In this document: positions 1 through 9,375 of the stretch, one piece after another | How positions within the stretch are numbered: position 1 is the first letter of the stretch | Layout: each line of letters begins with the position of its first letter | NCBI GenBank assembly: GCA_963755915.1 | Contig: CAVWLP010000002.1 | Coordinates: forward strand, 704,001 to 768,000 | DNA length: 64,000 nucleotides | Source of the DNA: an uncultured Phycisphaerales bacterium | GTDB lineage: Bacteria; Planctomycetota; Phycisphaerae; Tepidisphaerales; Tepidisphaeraceae | Direction of reading: 5' to 3' | Notes under the pieces: generated by a model | What the model saw: only the letters and a program-made list of their open reading frames with translations | Databases searched by the model: none | What the model was told of the DNA's origin: nothing | Program-made: the position numbers and the translations under genes

Positions 1-432
1 CCGGAAGTGGGGAAGCTTGTGGAATTCTGGCGGGAGAGGTTTCCGCAGTGCAGCGTGGAGAGGGAGGGGGCGACGGCGACTTTGCGTTCGCTGCGCGATC
101 GTGGGGTGAGACGGGGATTGATTACCAATGGGCAACCGACGCAGAGGGTGAAGGTGGATGCGATGGGGATAGGGGAGCTGCTGGAGGTAATGGTGATTTC
201 TGACGAGGTGGGGATGAAGAAGCCGGATCCGCGGATATTTCGGATGGCGCTGGAGCGGCTGGAAGTGGGGGCGGAGGAGGCGGTGTTTGTGGGGGATAAT
301 TTGGAGCTGGATATTGCGGGGGCACGAGGGGTGGGGATGCGGGCGGTGTGGTTGAATCCGGATGGGAAAGAGGGGGTGGAGGGGGTGGAGATGGTTGGGT
401 CGTTGGGGGAGATTTTAGCGGTGATTGAGTGA
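1..432 (+). CDS. HAD-superfamily hydrolase (5'-truncated by the window edge)
   Basis: Motifs LITNG, KKPDPRIF and FVGDNLELDIAGA (HAD motifs II-IV); the frame is open from position 1. Confidence 0.9.
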   Translation, partial: PEVGKLVEFWRERFPQCSVEREGATATLRSLRDRGVRRGLITNGQPTQRVKVDAMGIGELLEVMVISDEVGMKKPDPRIFRMALERLEVGAEEAVFVGDNLELDIAGARGVGMRAVWLNPDGKEGVEGVEMVGSLGEILAVIE

Positions 433-500
433 AACGAGGACGCAGCTTGTTAACAACTAATTGCGTCCTCATTTTTTTTTACTCGTTAGGATTCGAAGAC

Positions 501-530
501 GCACCGGGCAAGCCCGGCGGCTACACGGGG
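501..530 (-). repeat. GTAG-type REP-like palindrome, copy 1
   Basis: Minus strand reads GTAG-ccg-ccggg-cttg-cccgg; related copy at 45653-45684. Confidence 0.55.
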
Positions 531-542
531 AGAGGGGGGAAT

Positions 543-2210
543 TCATTCCACCGGCTTGGGGATTGGGGTTTCCATCGGGCGTTTCCAGAGGAGATGCAGA
601 CGCCAGTGCTCGTCGTCGCGGTCAGGATAGTCGAGGCGGTAGTGGGCGCCGCGGCTTTCGGTTCTGGTGTAGGCGGCTGTTGTAATTAAAAAGCAGGTGG
701 TGAGCATGTTCTGGAGTTCCCAGCCGGGGATGGCTTCTTCGCCGGTTTCGGCGGGGGTGAAGGTTTTGTCCATGACGTAGCGGGACCAGAAGGCGATGAT
801 TTCGCGGGTTTCGGAAAGGGGTTCGCCGCTGCGTTCGATGGCGCAGTTTCGCCACATGATGCTTCTCAGCGAGCTTTTGACGTCGGGCAGATCGAGCTCG
901 GTTTTTGTGGAGCGGGGGATGCGGTGCTCGAGGTGATTGGGGAATTTGATTTCGTGAGAGAGGGACCATTGGGCGGCATCTGTGCCGGCGCGAGCGCCGA
1001 AGACGAGGCCTTCGACGAGGGAATTGCTGGCGAGGCGGTTGGCGCCGTGGAGTCCGGAGCAACCGGCTTCGCCGACGGCGTGGAGGCCGGGGAGGGTGGT
1101 TTTGCCGAAGAAATCGCAACTGACGCCGCCGATCATGTAGTGGGTGGCGGGCTGGATGGGGATCAGATCCTTCGCCGGGTTGATGTCGAACTGGGCGAGC
1201 AATTGGGCGAGTTGTGGGAAGCGCTGCTTGAAAGGCTCGGCGGGTAGATGGCGGACATCCAAGTAGACGTGGGTGAAATTTGTTTTGCGGATCTGATTGA
1301 CGATGGCGCGGCTGACGACGTCGCGCGGGGCGAGTTCGGCGGAGGGATGGTATTCCTTCATGAAGCGGTGGCCGTTGCGATCGACGAGATAGGCGCCTTC
1401 GCCGCGGACGGCTTCGGTGATGAGAGTGCGGCTGGCGCCGGCGACGTAGAGCGTTGTCGGGTGGAACTGGACCATCTCCATATCCTGGAGGGCTGCGCCG
1501 GCGCGGTAGGCCATGGCGTGACCGTCGGCGGTGGCGATGCGGGGGTTGGTGGATTCGCGGAAGAGTTGTCCGGCACCGCCGCTGGCGATGATGGTGCGCT
1601 TGGCCCAGATGAGGTTTATCTCGCCTTTTATGGTGGCGAGCGCGCCTACGCACTGGCCCTGGTCGGTCAGGAGATCGATGACGAAAGACATTTCTGAGAC
1701 GCGGATGGTTTCGCGGGTTTTGACGGCGTTGATGAGGGTTTGGGCGAGTTCTTTGCCGGTGGCGTCGCCGTAGGCGTGGACGATGCGGGCGAAGCTGTGA
1801 CCGCCTTCGAGGCCGAAAGAGAGCTCGTGGGCGTTGCCGGCTTGTTTGTCGAAATGGGCGCCCCACTTGAGGAGTTCGAGAACGCGGTTGGGGCCTTCTT
1901 CGACAACGATGTGGACGGCTTTGGGATCGCAGAGGCCGGCGCCGCAGACGAGGGTGTCGTGGACGTGTGATTCGATGCTGTCGGCGGGCTGGAGGACGGC
2001 GGCGATGCCGCCCTGGGCGTACCAGGTGTTGGACTGGTGGAGGGTGTCCTTGGTGAGGACGACGACGTCGGCGCCTTCAGCAGCGGCGGCGATGGCGGCG
2101 CGGAGGCCGGCGACGCCGCCACCAATGACGAGAACATCGGTCACCTGCTGGGTTAGGCGGGAGGCTTTGAAGGGGATGAGGTAGCGACGTTGGGTGAGGG
2201 GCTCGAACAT
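543..2210 (-). CDS. nadB: L-aspartate oxidase
   Basis: FAD-binding GGGVAG, AQGGIAA, EGGHS, QFHPT, ELAPRDVVSRAI, HYMIGG, GLHGANRLASNSL, ESRGAHYR. Confidence 0.95.
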   Translation of the reverse strand: MFEPLTQRRYLIPFKASRLTQQVTDVLVIGGGVAGLRAAIAAAAEGADVVVLTKDTLHQSNTWYAQGGIAAVLQPADSIESHVHDTLVCGAGLCDPKAVHIVVEEGPNRVLELLKWGAHFDKQAGNAHELSFGLEGGHSFARIVHAYGDATGKELAQTLINAVKTRETIRVSEMSFVIDLLTDQGQCVGALATIKGEINLIWAKRTIIASGGAGQLFRESTNPRIATADGHAMAYRAGAALQDMEMVQFHPTTLYVAGASRTLITEAVRGEGAYLVDRNGHRFMKEYHPSAELAPRDVVSRAIVNQIRKTNFTHVYLDVRHLPAEPFKQRFPQLAQLLAQFDINPAKDLIPIQPATHYMIGGVSCDFFGKTTLPGLHAVGEAGCSGLHGANRLASNSLVEGLVFGARAGTDAAQWSLSHEIKFPNHLEHRIPRSTKTELDLPDVKSSLRSIMWRNCAIERSGEPLSETREIIAFWSRYVMDKTFTPAETGEEAIPGWELQNMLTTCFLITTAAYTRTESRGAHYRLDYPDRDDEHWRLHLLWKRPMETPIPKPVE

Positions 2211-2222
2211 TCGTGCGGCCGA

Positions 2223-3005
2223 TCAGGTGAGGCGGCCATGATACAGTTTCGTGGTGTAGGGCTGCACTACTTTTCCGTTTTCTGCGAAGCGATTGAAGAT
2301 TTCGCGGAGGCGGGCGAGCATTTTATCGCAGCCGGGTTGGCCGGGGAGGGGGAGATAGGATGAAGAGAGGGCGCGGGCGATGAGGTGGTCGAGATCGAGG
2401 GGCTGGGGGTTTTCGAAGGTTTGGAGCTTGAAGGAGCCGGGGGAGAAGAATTCGGTAATGGCTGGAGAATCGGGGCCGGTGTATTGCTCGTGGTGGACTT
2501 TGTGCCAGTCGGTTTCGAATTCGCGCACGACAGAATCATAGGCGGCGGAAAAACCGTCGGCAGAATCGACCTTTGCGCGGTCGTTCCAGATGAGGAGGAC
2601 CTGGCCGGCGGGTTTGAGGATGCGCAGGAATTCGGTGCGGGCGCGGGGGCGGTCGAACCAGTGGAAGGCCTGGCCGGCGAGGATGAAATCGACGGATTGC
2701 GCCAACAAAGTCGTGGCTTCGGCGGTGGCGGGGATGCTGTGGAAATTTTTAAATTGGGAGAGGGATTTTTCGGCCTGGCGGCGCATGGGTTCGTTGGGTT
2801 CGACGGCGAAAACTGGGTTGCCGTTTTCGAGGAAAAGTTCGGTGAGGATGCCGGTGCCGGAGCCGATGTCGGCGATTTCGTGCTGAGGTTTCAGGTCCAG
2901 ATTGGTTTTGCAGAAATCGAGGAGGGCGCGCGGATATCGTGGTCTGGATTTGGCGTAGTAGTCGGCGCGGGTGGAGAAACGCTGGGTTGGGTCCTGCGTA
3001 GGCAC
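2223..3005 (-). CDS. Class I SAM-dependent methyltransferase
   Basis: ADIGSGTGI, AVEPN, GQAFHWF; GTG start at 3005 directly after the nuoC stop. Confidence 0.85.
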   Translation of the reverse strand: MPTQDPTQRFSTRADYYAKSRPRYPRALLDFCKTNLDLKPQHEIADIGSGTGILTELFLENGNPVFAVEPNEPMRRQAEKSLSQFKNFHSIPATAEATTLLAQSVDFILAGQAFHWFDRPRARTEFLRILKPAGQVLLIWNDRAKVDSADGFSAAYDSVVREFETDWHKVHHEQYTGPDSPAITEFFSPGSFKLQTFENPQPLDLDHLIARALSSSYLPLPGQPGCDKMLARLREIFNRFAENGKVVQPYTTKLYHGRLT

Positions 3006-3006
3006 G

Positions 3007-3594
3007 TCAGGCCCCTTCGCGGGTGACGATCTTAAAGTTTTCGCGTTCACCGACGCCCTGAGCGGGGTAGTCTTTGCGGAGCGGATAACTGCCGAAGCCG
3101 CTCCAGGTGAGGATTCTGCGGAGGTCGGGGTGACCGACGAAGATGATGCCGATCATGTCGTAGACTTCGCGTTCCATCCATTCGGCGCCGGGCCAGATGG
3201 AGGTGACGCTATCGACTTTGAGGGCGGGGTCGCCTTTTTCCATGATCTCTTCGTCGCGCGGGGCGGTTTTGGGGAGGGTGGAAAGCGTGGGATCGAAGAA
3301 GACCTTGAGCCAGAGGCGATTGTTGTGGGGGATGCTGGTGAGGCCGTAGTTGACGGCGAAGCGATGCTGAGCGCCGGGGTAGTTGAGGTAATCGACGCCG
3401 TTGACTTCGGCGAGCATGTCGTAGCGGAGGGTGGGCTCGTCGCGGAGGAAGGTGCAGACGGGGAGGATGTGCTCGCGCGGGACGACGAGGGTGACCATGT
3501 CGCGGAGCTCGCCGACGAAGAATTTTGTGTCGGGGAATTTTTCCTTGAGGGGGGCAAGGGCGGGGTGGGTGATGGTGCGGTGGTGAGGGGGCAT
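3007..3594 (-). CDS. nuoC: NADH-quinone oxidoreductase subunit C
   Basis: AEWMEREVYDMIGIIFVGHPDLRRIL and YPLRKDYP (complex I 30-kDa signature). Confidence 0.93.
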   Translation of the reverse strand: MPPHHRTITHPALAPLKEKFPDTKFFVGELRDMVTLVVPREHILPVCTFLRDEPTLRYDMLAEVNGVDYLNYPGAQHRFAVNYGLTSIPHNNRLWLKVFFDPTLSTLPKTAPRDEEIMEKGDPALKVDSVTSIWPGAEWMEREVYDMIGIIFVGHPDLRRILTWSGFGSYPLRKDYPAQGVGERENFKIVTREGA

Positions 3595-3631
3595 ATGTGG
3601 GAATGGTAGGGATGGGAGGGGGAGCGTCAAG

Positions 3632-3659
3632 ATTGCCTATTGCCTATTGCCTATTGAAT
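3632..3659 (+). repeat. Heptamer tandem repeat (ATTGCCT)x3 plus a variant unit
   Basis: attgcct attgcct attgcct attgaat between nuoC and murG. Confidence 0.8.
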
Positions 3660-3664
3660 TGCTT

Positions 3665-4777
3665 TCAGCGGACCAGGTCGGCGATGGCTTTGGCGACGGC
3701 TTCGGCGGCGTCGGGGCGGCCGAGGGTTTTGGCGGTTTCGGACATTTTTTGGCGGCGGGGGCCGTCGTAGAGGAGGGATTCGAGGATGGGGCGGAGTTTT
3801 TGGGAGTTTTTGGTGGGGTCTTTTTCGTCGTCCATGAGAATCGCCGCGCCGGCGTCTGCCAAGACTTTGGCGTTGGCGCGTTGGTGGAGGTCTTTGTGGA
3901 AGGGGTAGGGCATGAGGATGGAGGGGACGCCGCAGGCGGTGAGTTCGGCGCAACTGCTGGCGCCGGAGCGGCTGACGGTGAGGTCGGCGACGGCCCAGAC
4001 GTCGGCCATGTCGGGGGTGAAGTCGATGACGCGGGCGGGGATATTTTTTTCGCGATAGCCGGCGCGGACTTCTTCGCCGTGCTCGCGGCCGGCGAGGTGG
4101 AGGATCTGCCAGCCGTTGAGCTTGATGCTGGCGGCGAGGACGATCATGGCGGCGTTGATGGTGACGGCGCCCTGGCTTGCGCCGGTGACGACGAGGGTGT
4201 GGAGCATGGGGTCGATGGCGAGGTGGGCGGCGGCGGCGGCACGCGCGGGAAAGGTGCGGATGTCTTTGCGGATGGGGCAGCCGGTGATTTTTACCTTCGG
4301 GCGATCTTTGGAAGGAATGTGCTGGATCGACTGCTCGAACTGGCAGCAGATGAGGCGGCAATGGGGCATGAGGTAGCGATTGGCTTTGCCGGGGATGACG
4401 TCGGGGTTGAGGATGGCGGTGGGGATTTTTTTTCGAGCGGCGGATCGGACGGCGGTTCCGGCGGCGTAACCGCCGAGGCCAACGACGACGGCGGGTTTGC
4501 GGTCTGCGAGAATTTCGCCGACGAGGGCGCGGGTTTGTCGCCAGGTGACGATGACTTTGAGGACGTCGGCGAAGCGCGGGGGGACGATGGGCTGGGGAAT
4601 GAATTCGAAACCGGTGGGGGTGAGGATGACGCGATCGATTTCGCGGGTGGTGCAGAGGAAGAGGGGGCGTGCTGTTGGGAGCACGGATCTCAGCGCCTCG
4701 GCGACGGCGATGCCGGGGTATAGATGGCCGCCGGTGCCGCCGCCGGCGAGGATGATCGTGATGGGGGAATCGGGCAC
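3665..4777 (-). CDS. murG: UDP-GlcNAc:lipid I GlcNAc transferase
   Basis: GGGTGGHLYPG, GLGGYAA, GASQGA, SRSGASSCAEL, HQRANAK. Confidence 0.93.
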   Translation of the reverse strand: MPDSPITIILAGGGTGGHLYPGIAVAEALRSVLPTARPLFLCTTREIDRVILTPTGFEFIPQPIVPPRFADVLKVIVTWRQTRALVGEILADRKPAVVVGLGGYAAGTAVRSAARKKIPTAILNPDVIPGKANRYLMPHCRLICCQFEQSIQHIPSKDRPKVKITGCPIRKDIRTFPARAAAAAHLAIDPMLHTLVVTGASQGAVTINAAMIVLAASIKLNGWQILHLAGREHGEEVRAGYREKNIPARVIDFTPDMADVWAVADLTVSRSGASSCAELTACGVPSILMPYPFHKDLHQRANAKVLADAGAAILMDDEKDPTKNSQKLRPILESLLYDGPRRQKMSETAKTLGRPDAAEAVAKAIADLVR

Positions 4778-4866
4778 TTGGAGAGGAGGATATCGGATTC
4801 GCGTTCGAGTGCGAACGAATCTAAAGGGCGCGATATGGACGATTTTTCGTTATGGGACGGGAGGGT

Positions 4867-4986
4867 GGAATTCCGAAACCAGAAACCAGAATGGCGAATC
4901 AAATCCGAAACCCGAATGACTGAATTTTGTTTGTCATTCGTCATTCGGGCTTGATTCGGTATTCGGATTTCTGGTTTCGGGATTCC
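4867..4986. repeat. Heptamer-built palindromic element (CGAAACC/CGAATGA family), copy 1
   Basis: Left arm ggaattccgaaaccagaaacc...cgaatcaaatccgaaacccgaatgac pairs with right arm gtcattcgggcttgattcggtattcggatttctggtttcgggattcc. Confidence 0.85.
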
Positions 4987-4988
4987 GT

Positions 4989-5558
4989 TTAGTCGCCGTG
5001 TATCTGTCGCAGGCGGGGGCTGAGGCGGAGCATGAGGTGGATGCGCTCGATTTCGGTGAGCCAGTCGGCCAGGGTCGCGTCGATCTCTGCCTGATCGGGC
5101 GCGACGATGCCGGTGGGGCACTGGGGATCGAGGTAGCGTTTGGCGAAGATGCGGTAGCGGGAGATGGTGCGCTCGCCGTAGGCGCCGCAGAATTCGAAAT
5201 CCTCGGCGAGGAAAATCAGGACGGGGATGCGGTCGCCGGCATTGAGGCGGAATTGATCGGCGAGGTCGCGATGCTGGTCGCGGTCGAGAATTCGCAGGGG
5301 GAGTTTTTCGGGGTTGGATTCGGAAATGCGCGCGATGAGCGGGCACTGCTGGACGCAGTCGCCGCACCAGATGCCGCTGATGAGCAGGAGGTTTAGCTGG
5401 CGGGTGAAGCTTTTGACGAGCGACTGCTGGGCGGAAGTGAGGCGGGCCATGTCGTAGACCTGGGTCCAGCGGCGGCGCTGCTCTTCGGTGCCGGTTTGGA
5501 GGTAGTCGGGGTAGGTGAGGGCGGAGGAGAATTTGTCGGAGAAGTATTGGGGGGTCAT
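4989..5558 (-). CDS. Thioredoxin-fold protein
   Basis: WCGDC motif and RIPVLIF (cis-Pro region). Confidence 0.8.
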   Translation of the reverse strand: MTPQYFSDKFSSALTYPDYLQTGTEEQRRRWTQVYDMARLTSAQQSLVKSFTRQLNLLLISGIWCGDCVQQCPLIARISESNPEKLPLRILDRDQHRDLADQFRLNAGDRIPVLIFLAEDFEFCGAYGERTISRYRIFAKRYLDPQCPTGIVAPDQAEIDATLADWLTEIERIHLMLRLSPRLRQIHGD

Positions 5559-5570
5559 GGGGAAATTATA

Positions 5571-5702
5571 GGGAAGCTCGAAACCAGAAATCCGAATTCC
5601 GAATCAAATCCGAATGACGAATGACCGAAGGGGCCAAGATAAAATTCGTCATTCGGGTTTCGGGCTTGATTCGGTATTCTGGTTTCGGGCTTCGAATTTC
5701 CC
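5571..5702. repeat. Heptamer palindromic element, copy 2 (overlaps the 3' end of the lipoprotein gene)
   Basis: cgaaaccagaaatccgaattccgaatcaaatccgaatgac ... gtcattcgggtttcgggcttgattcggtattctggtttcg. Confidence 0.85.
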
Positions 5703-6320
5703 ATTCACGCGGTTTCGGACGGCGTGGGCGAGTTGCTCTTCCATCGCGGCGTCTCGGCCCATTGCAAACCAGTATCGGTTGGGGACGACGACGCCCTGGT
5801 CGGTGGTGCGGTTGGGTTGCTCGCCGAGGTTGACGAAGGCCTGGGTGTACTGATATTGCGCGGTGAGGCGGCGCTCGGGGTGGGAGGACTGTTCGACGAG
5901 GACCTTGGGGGAGGCGATGAAGGAGCCGTCGGGCTGGCGGGAGATGTCGAAGCGGATGGTGCGGCGGACGGTTTGGAGAGAATCCAAAAGGATTGCGTCG
6001 ATGGTGCCGGCGTCGCTGCGCCAGGGTTCGAAGAATTGCTTGGAGATCATGGGGAAGGTTGTGAGGACGCCGAGGCGCTGGTCTTGCTCGTCGATATCGA
6101 ATTGGTCAAACAGCAGCGTTTGGGTGCAGGCGTTCCAGAGGGCGAAAAAGTTGGGCGAGGTGACGGAAAACTGGGCGGGCTGGGCGAGCCAGTAGTCGGC
6201 GGTGCCTTCTTTGGCGGGCATCGCGGTGAGCGCCGGCTGGGTTGTGGGGGCGGTGCTATTGGCGCAGGCGAAGAGAGTGGAAAATACAGAGAGAGCGACG
6301 AGGAGGGACAGGAATTTCAT
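5649..6320 (-). CDS. Hypothetical lipoprotein
   Basis: Signal peptide with lipobox-like LFAC and a PTTQP linker; start overlaps the pyk stop (ATGA). Confidence 0.7.
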   Translation of the reverse strand: MKFLSLLVALSVFSTLFACANSTAPTTQPALTAMPAKEGTADYWLAQPAQFSVTSPNFFALWNACTQTLLFDQFDIDEQDQRLGVLTTFPMISKQFFEPWRSDAGTIDAILLDSLQTVRRTIRFDISRQPDGSFIASPKVLVEQSSHPERRLTAQYQYTQAFVNLGEQPNRTTDQGVVVPNRYWFAMGRDAAMEEQLAHAVRNRVNGKFEARNQNTESSPKPE

Positions 6321-7813
6321 GGTTGCTGTGCGACGGCCTGTGCGAGTGGCGGGGATTCGACTTCGCCGGTCCAGCGTTCGCCGATGGTGTGGAGGATGAT
6401 TCCGTTGAGGGTTCCGGGGGTGCCGAGGGCGGCGCCGGCGACGATGATGATGCGGTCGCCGAGGGCGGCGAATTTACGGTCGCGGGCGAGGGAATCGATG
6501 GCGTCGACGAGATCGAGCATGGTTTGCGGGGGTGACATTTCGTGGGGGATGACGCCGAAGTGGAGGGACATTTTTCGCAGCACGCGGTGGTCGCTGGAGA
6601 GGGCGACGAGGGGGACGGGGAAGCGGCTCTTGGAGAAGATGCGAGCGGTGGCGCCGGTCTGGCTCCAGATGACGACGAGCTTGACCTTGAGGTCGGCGAC
6701 CATGTCGCGGACGCCGTGGGCGATGGCGGAGGAGAATCGCAGGGTGGATGAGACGGGTTTGCCCCTGGGGAACGGCGCGGCGCCGGAACTGATGAGATAT
6801 TCCTCGGTGACCTTGGCGACGTGTGACATGGTGTGGACGGAGCCGAGGGGGAATTTTCCGACGGAGGTTTCGCCGCTGAGCATGACGGCGTCGGTGCCGT
6901 CGAAGATGGCGTTGGCGACGTCGCTGACCTCGGCGCGGGTGGGGCTGGCCTGCTCGATCATGGACTGGAGCATTTGCGTGGCGACGATGACGGGCTTGCC
7001 GGAGGTCTGGCAGCGGCGAACGAGCTCTTTCTGGATGATGGGGACCTGGGCGACGTCCATTTCGACGCCGAGGTCGCCGCGGGCGATCATCAGGCCGTCG
7101 GAGGCGTCGAGAATGTCGTCGATCTGATCGAGCGCCTCGGCTTTTTCGATCTTGGCGATGAGATGAATGTCGGCGGCTTTATTTTGCAGATGCTCGCGAA
7201 GGAGGAGAATGTCCTGGGCGTATCGGACGAAGGAGAGGGCGAGGTAATCGAGATCATTTTCGATGGCCCAGTCGACGCATTCCCAATCGCGATCGGTGAC
7301 GGCGGGGACGTTGACGCGGCTGTCGGGAAGGTTGATGCCTTTTGAGGTTCGGAGGATGCCGCCGATGGTGCAGTTGCAGCGGAGCTCGCCGAAATTTTTC
7401 TCGGTGCAAATAAATCGGAGCAAGCCGTCTTCGACGAGGAGGCGATGGCCGACCTGGACGTCGTCGATGAGGTTGGCGTAGATGCTGCTGACGCGGCGGT
7501 TTTTGCCGAGGATGGGGGCGCGCTGGATGACGAGTTCGTCACCGACGGCGATGGGCATGCCATCGCAGCCGTCGTGGGCGGCGATTTGGCCGAGGCGGAT
7601 CTTGGGGCCGCAGAGGTCGCCGAGGACGGCGATGGGCTGGCTCCAGCGAACGGCGGCTTCGCGGATGTTGCGGAGCATCTGGAGGTGTGAATCGAGATCG
7701 CCGTGGGAGAAATTGAGTCGGCAGACATCGACGCCGGCCTGGAAAAGGGAATAGAGGGTTTCGACATCGCCGCAGGCGGGACCCATGGTGGCGACAATTT
7801 TGGTACGGATCAT
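6317..7813 (-). CDS. pyk: Pyruvate kinase
   Basis: TKIVATMGP, RLNFSHG, IAKIEK, MIARGDLGVE, ATQMLQSM, PTRAEVSDV, MLSGET. Confidence 0.97.
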   Translation of the reverse strand: MIRTKIVATMGPACGDVETLYSLFQAGVDVCRLNFSHGDLDSHLQMLRNIREAAVRWSQPIAVLGDLCGPKIRLGQIAAHDGCDGMPIAVGDELVIQRAPILGKNRRVSSIYANLIDDVQVGHRLLVEDGLLRFICTEKNFGELRCNCTIGGILRTSKGINLPDSRVNVPAVTDRDWECVDWAIENDLDYLALSFVRYAQDILLLREHLQNKAADIHLIAKIEKAEALDQIDDILDASDGLMIARGDLGVEMDVAQVPIIQKELVRRCQTSGKPVIVATQMLQSMIEQASPTRAEVSDVANAIFDGTDAVMLSGETSVGKFPLGSVHTMSHVAKVTEEYLISSGAAPFPRGKPVSSTLRFSSAIAHGVRDMVADLKVKLVVIWSQTGATARIFSKSRFPVPLVALSSDHRVLRKMSLHFGVIPHEMSPPQTMLDLVDAIDSLARDRKFAALGDRIIIVAGAALGTPGTLNGIILHTIGERWTGEVESPPLAQAVAQQP

Positions 7814-8071
7814 GTGGTTAACTCACGTCTGGTTCTGGGGAGTAAATCATACGCGCGGAGCGAGGGGCCCGCTACGGGGTTGATCGGCGCGAGGGGGGAA
7901 ATACCGCGAAGAAATTGGCAGAAATGGGGATTTTCTTTGTGCGCTTTGGGTGTTTGGGATTGTTGGGCTTGTGTTAAATGGGGATTTTGGAGTGCGGGGA
8001 AATGCGAATTGGCCACAGATTTAAATCAGATGCACTGACCTTCCCCACGTTCGGTGGGCGCGGCCAAATCG

Positions 8072-8967
8072 TCAGTTCAGGCTGGCCTCGAACGCTTCGG
8101 GGCTTTGGTAGCCTATCGCCGAGTGACGTCTCTGGCGATTGTAAAACACTTCAATGTACTCAAAGATCGAACGCCGAGCCTCCGCTTGCGTTGCGTAGTG
8201 CTCGTGATAAATGAGCTCCGTCTTCAGCGTGCTGAAAAAGCTCTCCATCACCGCGTTGTCGTAGCAATTGCCGGTGCGGCTCATGCTCCGCTCCATCCCA
8301 TGCTCCGCCAGCATCTGTCGATAAGTCTCGCAGGCGTATTGGACACCGCGATCGGAGTGGTGCAGCAAACCTCGCTCCGGTCGGCGATGTGTCAGCGCCA
8401 TCGATATCGCTTCCAGACACAGCTCACTTCGCAGATGATCGGCCATCGACCAGCCGACTATTTTCCGACTGCACAGGTCGATCACGGCCGCCAGGTATAG
8501 GAATCCTTCATCCGTCGGAACGTAGGTGATGTCGCAGCACCACTTGCGGTTGGGCGCCTCAGTTGCGAACTGGCGGTCCAGCACATTGGCCGCGACCGGC
8601 TCATCGTGATTCGAATCGGTGGTATGGACGACGAATCGCCGGCGAATCCGCGATTGCAATCCGGCCTGTTTCATCAGACGCGCCACCGTGTTCACGCAGA
8701 CGCTCACCTGCCGATCCGCCAGCTCCGCGTGCACCCGCGGGCTGCCGTAGGTATAGCGACTCTCCTCATGAACCTCGCGGATCTTCTCAGTCAGCTCTTC
8801 CCGGCGCTTGTGCCGCGGGCTGGCTGGACGTTTCAGCCAGGCGTAATACCCGCTGCGGCTGACTTCCAGCGCATCGCACAATGCGGCCAGATCGAACGGG
8901 TCCCGATGTTCTTTGATCCAGGCGAATCTCATGGGTTCTGGCATGCGAAGTAGGCCGTCGCTTTTTT
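8072..8967 (-). CDS. IS3 transposase OrfB (DDE), fused to OrfA by a -1 frameshift
   Basis: WCCDITY, HHSDRGVQY, DNAVMESFF, YNRQRRHS; slippery A-AAA-AAG on the minus strand at 8961-8967. Confidence 0.92.
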
Positions 8968-9231
8968 TAAAATCTCCTTCTCGGTTTCGACCCGCCGCAA
9001 TTGCTTTTGCAACTCGCGGATGCGGGCCTTGAGCAGCGTCGGATCGTTGGTGTCTGGAAACGCGGGCTCCTCAGCCGCGGGCTTGATCAGTCCACGTTTT
9101 TTCATCCAGTGATGCACGATGTGCACCGGAAGGCCCAGTTCCTGGGCCGCTTTCCTTTGTGTGTAGCCTTGATCGGTGACGAGTTTGCAGGCTTCGTCCT
9201 GAAACTCCCTGGAATAATGTTTGCGTCCCAT
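8929..9231 (-). CDS. IS3 transposase OrfA (HTH plus leucine zipper)
   Basis: YSREFQDEA...AAQELG HTH and the C-terminal EKEILKKATAYFA typical of IS3 OrfA. Confidence 0.92.
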   Translation of the reverse strand: MGRKHYSREFQDEACKLVTDQGYTQRKAAQELGLPVHIVHHWMKKRGLIKPAAEEPAFPDTNDPTLLKARIRELQKQLRRVETEKEILKKATAYFACQNP

Positions 9232-9375
9232 GGCAATTCGCTCCTTCAGCCGGATTATCCGGCTTCAGGCCGCGCCCACCGAACGTGGGGAAGGTCACAC
9301 TCAGATATTTTGATTTTTAGAATCTGATTTCAATCTGATTTTATCTGTGGCTATATTTCTTGGCATTTCCGAGGT

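Larger units (their letters stand above)
8036..9297 (-). mobile_element. Complete IS3-family insertion sequence (1262 bp)
   Basis: Perfect 30-bp terminal IRs TGACCTTCCCCACGTTCGGTGGGCGCGGCC (8036-8065 and 9268-9297), TG...CA ends, 3-bp target duplication CAC (8033-8035 and 9298-9300), orfA plus orfB. Confidence 0.97.
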
